The notes beneath the pieces were generated by a model. That model was not told where the DNA came from. It did no database searches and was given only the letters and a program-made list of their open reading frames with translations. From the NCBI GenBank assembly GCA_046760025.1, contig JBHIDG010000001.1:1-30041 (forward strand): a stretch of DNA of 30,041 nt, read 5' to 3'. Both the position numbers and the translations under genes were made by a program. Each line of letters opens with the position of its first letter. The first letter of the stretch is position 1. The stretch comes from Woeseia sp. (GTDB lineage Bacteria > Pseudomonadota > Gammaproteobacteria > Steroidobacterales > Woeseiaceae). Positions 24,311 to 30,041 of this stretch are shown one piece after another.

Positions 24311-26023
24311 ATGGGTCTCAGCGAAGCACTGGCGACGGTCAACGCCGTGCTCTGGAACGAGACCTGGCTTTATATCATCGTCGGCACGGGCGTTCTTTTC
24401 ACCATATGGAGCGGCGTCTCACAGTACAGGGTGCTTACGCATGGCCCCGCCGTCGTACGCGGCGTGTATGACGATCCGGACGATCCAGGCGCTATCAATC
24501 ACTTCCAGGCGCTCTCGGCGGCACTCTCGGGCACGGTAGGTCTCGGCAATATCGGCGGCGTGGCGCTCGCCATCACCCTGGGCGGTCCCGGCGCAATGTT
24601 CTGGATGTGGGTGGTCGGGTTCCTCGGCATGGCGATCAAGCTGACCGAGGTGACGCTGTCGATGCTGTACAGAAACACCGATGATCCGCACAACCCGCAT
24701 GGCGGACCGATGTGGGTGGCCGACAAGGCGGTGGCGCGCTTGACACCGGACTTGAGGTGGCTCGGCAAGACGATCGCGGTCATTTTTTGCATTTGTCTGC
24801 TCGTGTCATCGGCGACCGGCGGCAACATGTTCCAGGCATGGAATGTCGCCGAGGTCACCAACGAGTACTTTGGCGTTCCGGGATGGGTATGCGGCATCAC
24901 TCTGGCATTGCTGGTCGGGGCGGTCATCATCGGCGGCATCAAGCGAATCGGCAAAGTCGCCGGCACGCTCGTGCCCTTCATGGTGGCACTTTATCTGCTG
25001 GTGGGCTCTTACGTTCTGCTTCTGAACATAGAGAAAATTCCGGGGATATTCGCGATGATCATCGGCAACGCGTTTACTCCGACCGAGGCAAGCGGTGCCT
25101 TTATCGGTGGCACCGTGGCATCCGCGTTTCTGTTCGGCATGAAGCGCGCCGTGTTTTCGAATGAGGCCGGTCAGGGATCGTCGCCTATCGCCCACTCCGC
25201 GGCGAAGACTGACGAACCCGTTCGTGAGGGCGTTGTCGCGGGCCTCGAGCCGTTCGTCGATACCATAGTGGTTTGCACGTTTACGGCACTGATTATTCTC
25301 ACAACCGGCATCTGGAACCGCGGGCCGGACGTCGTGCTCGACCGCATTCCCGAACTGTCGCGGGCCGGGTCCGGCTGGCAATACCAGGATACGTCGCTGC
25401 CTGCCGGCGAATGGCGGGATGGCGAGATCGTGACGCTCGTGGTCAGGGCAGGTGATAATCCGGCGACCGGGCAACCATATCATCGCATCGACGGCGTCGT
25501 CGCCTCCGACGCAGGCCGATTTATCATCCGCTGGAACAAACTCCAGTCCGCGGCAAAACCGCAAATCGTCGGTGACGGGCTGTACAAGACCTACGTAGGC
25601 GCGACATTGACAGCGAAGGCCCTCGATTCGGTGACACCGGGACTCGGCAAGTGGCTGATCACGATCGCGTCCTGGCTATTCGGGATATCGACCATCATCG
25701 CCTGGGCCTATTACGGGGAACAGGGCTTGCAGTACCTGACCGGCGATCGGGGCGTGCTGGCGTTCAAGCTCATCTATTGCGGTCTGACCTTCCTCGCAAC
25801 GCTCGGCCACATCAAAACCGATGCTGATCTCGACAACATGACGGGGATCGGGCTCGGTGTCATAATCTGGGCGAATCTGCCGATTACCTGGATATTCGGC
25901 TACCAGGCGATGCGCGCCTACAAGGACTATATCGGCAGGCTCAAAGACGGTCGCATGGGCCCGGATCATCCGCCGCCGAGCATTGACGACCTCCTGTCCG
26001 GCAGGGACGTCGAATCCCGTTAG
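24311..26023 (+). CDS. Alanine/glycine:cation symporter (AGCS/AlsT family) with a large loop insertion
   Basis: FQALSAALSGTVGLGNIGGVA.AI..GGPGA.FWMW, FSNEAGQGSSPIAH, PFVDTIVVC, STIIAWAYYGE. Confidence 0.92.
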   Translation: MGLSEALATVNAVLWNETWLYIIVGTGVLFTIWSGVSQYRVLTHGPAVVRGVYDDPDDPGAINHFQALSAALSGTVGLGNIGGVALAITLGGPGAMFWMWVVGFLGMAIKLTEVTLSMLYRNTDDPHNPHGGPMWVADKAVARLTPDLRWLGKTIAVIFCICLLVSSATGGNMFQAWNVAEVTNEYFGVPGWVCGITLALLVGAVIIGGIKRIGKVAGTLVPFMVALYLLVGSYVLLLNIEKIPGIFAMIIGNAFTPTEASGAFIGGTVASAFLFGMKRAVFSNEAGQGSSPIAHSAAKTDEPVREGVVAGLEPFVDTIVVCTFTALIILTTGIWNRGPDVVLDRIPELSRAGSGWQYQDTSLPAGEWRDGEIVTLVVRAGDNPATGQPYHRIDGVVASDAGRFIIRWNKLQSAAKPQIVGDGLYKTYVGATLTAKALDSVTPGLGKWLITIASWLFGISTIIAWAYYGEQGLQYLTGDRGVLAFKLIYCGLTFLATLGHIKTDADLDNMTGIGLGVIIWANLPITWIFGYQAMRAYKDYIGRLKDGRMGPDHPPPSIDDLLSGRDVESR

Positions 26024-26025
26024 CG

Positions 26026-26466
26026 TCACTGTCGTGCTTTGTCCCGTCGCCTCGCCTTTCTGTGCAAGAGGTCGAGCGCATAGTCCAGGCGTCCCTTCGC
26101 CTGTGCGGTAACGCCTCCCTTCCGGTACTCATCTACGAGGAAGGACTCGACGCGCGAAACCATTTCATCGATATCCTCGACCGCAAACCTGTCTTCCTCT
26201 GTCGGGGGGCCATGGTAGCGCGAAGCTGCGCCGAACAGATTGATCCATCGTTCACTTCGCCGGCCAAGCTTCATGAGGTCATAGAACTCCGCGCTCGGGA
26301 CCGCGCCTCCTTTGACCAGGCTCACAAGACCGGCAACCAGGGAGACCGGCACGAGTAATACGTCGCGCAGGCCGTCGAAAAGAAGTTTGACCTGGAGCAC
26401 CGCAACGTCCCGAATGAGCGTCCATCGGTCGGCCCTGTCTTCGGTTGTTTCCGTTTCGTTCGCCAT
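26026..26466 (-). CDS. Hypothetical protein
   Basis: 146-codon ORF from MANETE (ATG 26466) fills the gap between convergent AGCS and divergent hemH; one amphipathic/hydrophobic segment; no family recognised. Confidence 0.7.
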   Translation of the reverse strand: MANETETTEDRADRWTLIRDVAVLQVKLLFDGLRDVLLVPVSLVAGLVSLVKGGAVPSAEFYDLMKLGRRSERWINLFGAASRYHGPPTEEDRFAVEDIDEMVSRVESFLVDEYRKGGVTAQAKGRLDYALDLLHRKARRRDKARQ

Positions 26467-26581
26467 GGATCGCCTGCCGCACAACACGGCCAATATAGCA
26501 TGCGCCAGGCTAGCGTCGGTTCCGGTGATTTAGTACTGTTACTCAAGCACTTAGCCGATAAGAACACGGCCAGGCCGGAAA

Positions 26582-27694
26582 ATGCCACCATTTGAATCTT
26601 CGCCCGACTACGAGCACGGACTACCGGAGTCACTGGGCATTCTTCTCGTAAACACGGGCACGCCCGACGCACCGACGCCCGAGGCTGTTCGTCGTTTTCT
26701 GAAATCCTTCCTGTCCGATGCGCGCGTTGTAGAGGTGCCGCGGCCGATCTGGTGGATCGTTCTCCACGCGTACATACTCCGCGTGCGACCGGACCGGTCG
26801 GCGGCCGCCTACAGAAAAATCTGGACAGACCAGGGCTCCCCCCTTCTTCTGCATTCGAAGGACATCGCCGCCTCCATTCAGGAAAAACTCTCCGCGCGAT
26901 TGTCCGGCGCAACGCATGTCGAGTTCGCGTTGTCGCACGGCAATCCTTCCATACAGTTCGCGCTGGAGAAAATGTACCAGCAGTTCGTTCGGCGAATTCT
27001 GGTACTACCACTCTATCCGCAGTACTCGAGCGCAACGACGGGATCCGTATTCGACGCGGTGACCAGCGTGCTCAGCCGGCGGCGCTGGGTGCCCGAATTA
27101 CATTTCATAAACCATTATCACGACGCTGCCGGTTATGTATCCGCAGTCGCCGCCAGCATTCGCGATTACTGGGACTTGCATGGGCGCGGCGAGCGTCTAT
27201 TGTTCTCGTTTCACGGCGTGCCTCGCCGGACACTGGACCTGGGAGATCCTTATCACTGCCACTGCCAGAAGTCAGCGAGGCTGGTTGCCGAATCGCTGGA
27301 ACTCGACAAGGAAAGCTGGCAGGTGAGTTTTCAATCGCGCCTCGGTCGTGCCGAATGGTTGCGACCCTATACCGACGAAACAATCAGGGCCTGGGGCGCC
27401 GAAAAGCTCGGCAAGATCGATGTGGTATGCCCCGGCTTCGCCGCCGATTGTCTGGAGACCCTCGAAGAAATCGCAATCCGCTATGCAGTCGATTTTAGCG
27501 ATGCCGGCGGTTCGGAGCTTCGTTACATCCCGGCACTCAACGCCCGCGACGATCACGTCGGTTTCCTGAGCCGCCTGATCGAGCGAAACGTTGCCGGCTG
27601 GCCGGAAGCATCGCCGGACTGGAGCCTTTCGGAAGCGTCGCGCGAGATGGACAAGAGTTTGAAGCGTGCGCGTGACATGGGTGCGGAGCGCTGA
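26582..27694 (+). CDS. hemH: Ferrochelatase
   Basis: GILLVNTGTPDAP, FLSDARVVE, LPLYPQYS..TTGS, LFSFHGVP, SFQSRLG..EWL.PYT, PGFAADCLETLEEI. Confidence 0.97.
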   Translation: MPPFESSPDYEHGLPESLGILLVNTGTPDAPTPEAVRRFLKSFLSDARVVEVPRPIWWIVLHAYILRVRPDRSAAAYRKIWTDQGSPLLLHSKDIAASIQEKLSARLSGATHVEFALSHGNPSIQFALEKMYQQFVRRILVLPLYPQYSSATTGSVFDAVTSVLSRRRWVPELHFINHYHDAAGYVSAVAASIRDYWDLHGRGERLLFSFHGVPRRTLDLGDPYHCHCQKSARLVAESLELDKESWQVSFQSRLGRAEWLRPYTDETIRAWGAEKLGKIDVVCPGFAADCLETLEEIAIRYAVDFSDAGGSELRYIPALNARDDHVGFLSRLIERNVAGWPEASPDWSLSEASREMDKSLKRARDMGAER

Positions 27695-27696
27695 CT

Positions 27697-28425
27697 ATGC
27701 TCGGGCAGTTTCTGGAATTCGGTGTACGGTCGTCGGACATTCTGGAGTCGCTCGGCTTCTACAAGGCGCTCGGTTTTACCGAGCTGGAGAGCGGCGACGT
27801 CTGGCCTCACAAGTATGCGGTTGTGAGTGACGGGCACATATGTATTGGCCTGCATGATCGGCCTCTCGACGAGCCGGCACTGACATTTGTTCATCGGGAT
27901 CTCGCCCGGCATGCGCGTGCAATGGCAGACCATGGATTTGACTTCAAGTTGCTGAAGATCGACACCGACGTTTTTAACGAGCTCGGCTTTCGCGATCGCG
28001 ACGGTCATATGATCAGCATGATCGAGGCGAGGACGTTTTCGCCGCCCGACGAGGATGTCGAACGGTCGATCTGCGGTGACTGGTTTGAGTTGAGCCTGCC
28101 CGCAAGAGATGCCATGCGTGCCGGTCGATTCTGGGCACCACTGGCGCCGGTAATGCTCGAGCTCCGGGAAACACCGACGCCACACCTGCGTTTCGATGCC
28201 GCGGGCATGTCGCTGGGTTTGAGCGAGCACCCTGCACTGAGAAAGCCATCTCCCTGTTTCGTCTGCGACGACCTGACGTCTGTACTCGCCGACGTCGAGC
28301 GGCACGGCCTCAATATCGATACGAATCCCAGGTACGAGTCCGCTTTCATGTCGATCGAAGCGCCCGAGGGGACGACGCTCTACCTGTTCGAGGCCGATTT
28401 TCTTACGGGAGAGGCCGGAAATTAG
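27697..28425 (+). CDS. VOC/glyoxalase-like two-domain protein
   Basis: Repeated beta-alpha-beta-beta-beta pattern (SLGFYKALGF, FRDRDGH, APEGT.L.LF); starts 2 nt after the hemH stop. Confidence 0.65.
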   Translation: MLGQFLEFGVRSSDILESLGFYKALGFTELESGDVWPHKYAVVSDGHICIGLHDRPLDEPALTFVHRDLARHARAMADHGFDFKLLKIDTDVFNELGFRDRDGHMISMIEARTFSPPDEDVERSICGDWFELSLPARDAMRAGRFWAPLAPVMLELRETPTPHLRFDAAGMSLGLSEHPALRKPSPCFVCDDLTSVLADVERHGLNIDTNPRYESAFMSIEAPEGTTLYLFEADFLTGEAGN

Positions 28426-29297
28426 CGCGGGATCCGCGAATCGATATCGCGGATCAATTGCATCGCCCTGCCGAGATACGACCTGCCGAACAGATTCAGG
28501 TGATTCAGGACATGGTAGAGCTGATAAAGCCTGCACCTGTCATCGGAACCCGGCCCCATCGGCCAGCTCTCCTCATACGCCGAATAAAAACTTCGTCCAA
28601 AACCACCGAACAGTCGCGTCATCGCGATATCGGTTTCCCGGTCGCCGTAGTACACGGCCGGATCGAATATGACCGGCATACCTGCCGTCGCCGCCCAGTT
28701 GCCGCCCCAGAGATCACCATGCAAGAGCGACGCACGGGGTTCGTAGTCGCGAAAGAAAATCCCGAGATTCTCCATTGTTCTCGCACCGGCCGTTTGCAGT
28801 TCTCCGCCAAAGCCTTTGCTCGTAGCAAGCTGTAATTGCCAACCAAGGCGCCGGTCCCTGAAGAACGCCACCCAGTCATCAGACCACTGATTGCATTGCG
28901 GGGTCAGCCCGATGCTATTGTCGCGGTGCCAACCAAACCGTTTCTTGCAGTGGCGATGCATGCGCGCCAACTGCCGCCCGAAGAGCCTCTCTGTGTCACT
29001 GCCGGGCCTGTCGAACTCTAACCACTCCATCGCCAGATAGGCATCGCTTCCTGCCGTGCCACAACTCAGGACCTCCGGCACGCGAACGGCATCCGCAGCA
29101 CGGAGCTCGCGAAGCCCTTCGGCTTCGGCCTCGAACATGTCGAGCGATTCGGAGGCACCGGTCTTGAGAAAGATTGCCGGGCCGACGTGCCAGGCGGCGC
29201 TGATGTCGCCGCCACCGACGGAGTGTGCATTTGCGTTGTCTGCTACGGATACGCCGTCGTCGCGAAGGGCCACGAAGATGTGCTGCCAGTCGGGCAT
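28422..29297 (-). CDS. Fructosamine kinase family protein (YniA-like)
   Basis: VGGGDIS.AW, FLKT, FEAEAEGL, FGWHRDN.IG, LLHGDLWGGN, FDPAVYYGDRETDIAMT.LFGGF, YQLYHVLNH.NLFG. Confidence 0.93.
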   Translation of the reverse strand: MPDWQHIFVALRDDGVSVADNANAHSVGGGDISAAWHVGPAIFLKTGASESLDMFEAEAEGLRELRAADAVRVPEVLSCGTAGSDAYLAMEWLEFDRPGSDTERLFGRQLARMHRHCKKRFGWHRDNSIGLTPQCNQWSDDWVAFFRDRRLGWQLQLATSKGFGGELQTAGARTMENLGIFFRDYEPRASLLHGDLWGGNWAATAGMPVIFDPAVYYGDRETDIAMTRLFGGFGRSFYSAYEESWPMGPGSDDRCRLYQLYHVLNHLNLFGRSYLGRAMQLIRDIDSRIPR

Positions 29298-29303
29298 TTT
29301 CTC

Positions 29304-30041
29304 CTACGATAACTCCGAGACCCGTTCGGCCTGTCGCCGCAGCGCCTGGCCGATGCCGGCTTCGTCGAACAGCGAGTTGATCTCGCCGAGGTCGGGAGCG
29401 ACGGGTCGCAGCCCGGATGCGGGACGCTCGACAGGTGCATCACAGGCAATACAGGTCAGCTTGCGCGCAAGCATCGCCGAATCCTTGTGGGTGTCCAGCT
29501 TGTCGCCGAGCGTTTTTGCGCCACGCACGTTTACCTCGTAAACCTTGTGGAGATTTTCATATACGTTTTCGAGGCTGCCAAAGTGCTGCAGTAGCGCAGC
29601 GGCAGTTTTCTTTCCTACACCGGGAACACCCTTTATGTTATCGACGCTGTCCCCGGCGAGCGCGAGAAAATCTGCGATCTGCTCCGGCCACACGCCGAAG
29701 AACTCCGGAATCTGGTCGTACCGGATGCGGCCCTTGCCCGCGAAATCCCAAAACACGTCGTTCCTGGAAACGAGCTGCGCAAGATCCTTATCGCGGCTGA
29801 CAATCGTCGATGGCCGGCCCTTTTCACGCCCCTGGGCAACGAGCGTCCCGATAAGGTCATCCGCCTCGTAGTTCGGGCTTGCGCACTCCATCAGGCCGAG
29901 AGCCCTCGTGAAACGGCGGCACTGCACGAACTGCCGCTTCAATTCCGGCGGTGCAGGTTCGCGGTTCGCTTTGTATTCCGGATAGATCTGGGTCCGAAAC
30001 GACGTCTTAAGACTTTCATCGAACAGTACGGCGACGTAATC
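29304..30041 (-). CDS. 5'-3' exonuclease/flap endonuclease (ExoIX/Xni-like), 5' end beyond the window
   Basis: Frame is open to base 30041: FDESLKTSFRTQIYPEYKANR, EADDLIGT, IVSRDKDLAQL, H3TH LAGDSVDNIKGVPGVGKKTA; no polymerase domain before the stop. Confidence 0.9.
   Translation of the reverse strand, partial: DYVAVLFDESLKTSFRTQIYPEYKANREPAPPELKRQFVQCRRFTRALGLMECASPNYEADDLIGTLVAQGREKGRPSTIVSRDKDLAQLVSRNDVFWDFAGKGRIRYDQIPEFFGVWPEQIADFLALAGDSVDNIKGVPGVGKKTAAALLQHFGSLENVYENLHKVYEVNVRGAKTLGDKLDTHKDSAMLARKLTCIACDAPVERPASGLRPVAPDLGEINSLFDEAGIGQALRRQAERVSELS

Noticed and set aside
26475-26484. TGCCGCACAA identical to 16273..16282, suggesting PdsR control of the hypothetical gene
   Set aside because: A single 10-mer with no tandem partner; chance occurrence cannot be excluded.
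28431-28455. 9-bp hairpin GATCCGCGA-N7-TCGCGGATC near the convergent VOC/kinase stops
   Set aside because: It lies inside coding sequence with no U-tract and no other copy seen; insufficient support for a terminator call.

Overview
GC-rich chromosomal window from a gammaproteobacterium; the gene content suggests a marine lineage such as Woeseiaceae (inference). The left third is housekeeping: desA, mutM, coaD-rsmD, ftsY-ftsE-ftsX-rpoH. The rest is mixed: an OmpA lipoprotein, a DUF962 protein, a glutaryl-CoA-type dehydrogenase, three MATE transporters, SRPBCC and Nudix genes, an SDR pseudogene, two lipoproteins, DUF924, a FadI-like thiolase, an Ala/Gly:cation symporter, hemH, a VOC-like protein, a fructosamine-kinase-family gene and a 5'-3' exonuclease cut by the window edge. 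Highlights: (1) an intact four-gene diderm sortase module (class GN sortase, VIT-vWA substrate with a non-canonical FPATAT sorting signal, divergent PdsR/PdsS two-component pair) with phased TGYGGCAA repeats as a candidate operator and no adjacent pdsO; (2) a perfect CIRCE element upstream of rpoH, overlapping candidate sigmaE and extended -10 promoter elements; (3) REP-like palindromes at gene 3' ends, including a perfect 39-bp inverted repeat made of 19-bp units and a 29-bp element found twice 7 kb apart, some of which encode protein C-termini; (4) a 9-bp inverted repeat at an activator position upstream of desA. No rRNA, tRNA, CRISPR array or intact mobile element was seen. Product calls come from motif recognition and recalled family knowledge; no database search was run.
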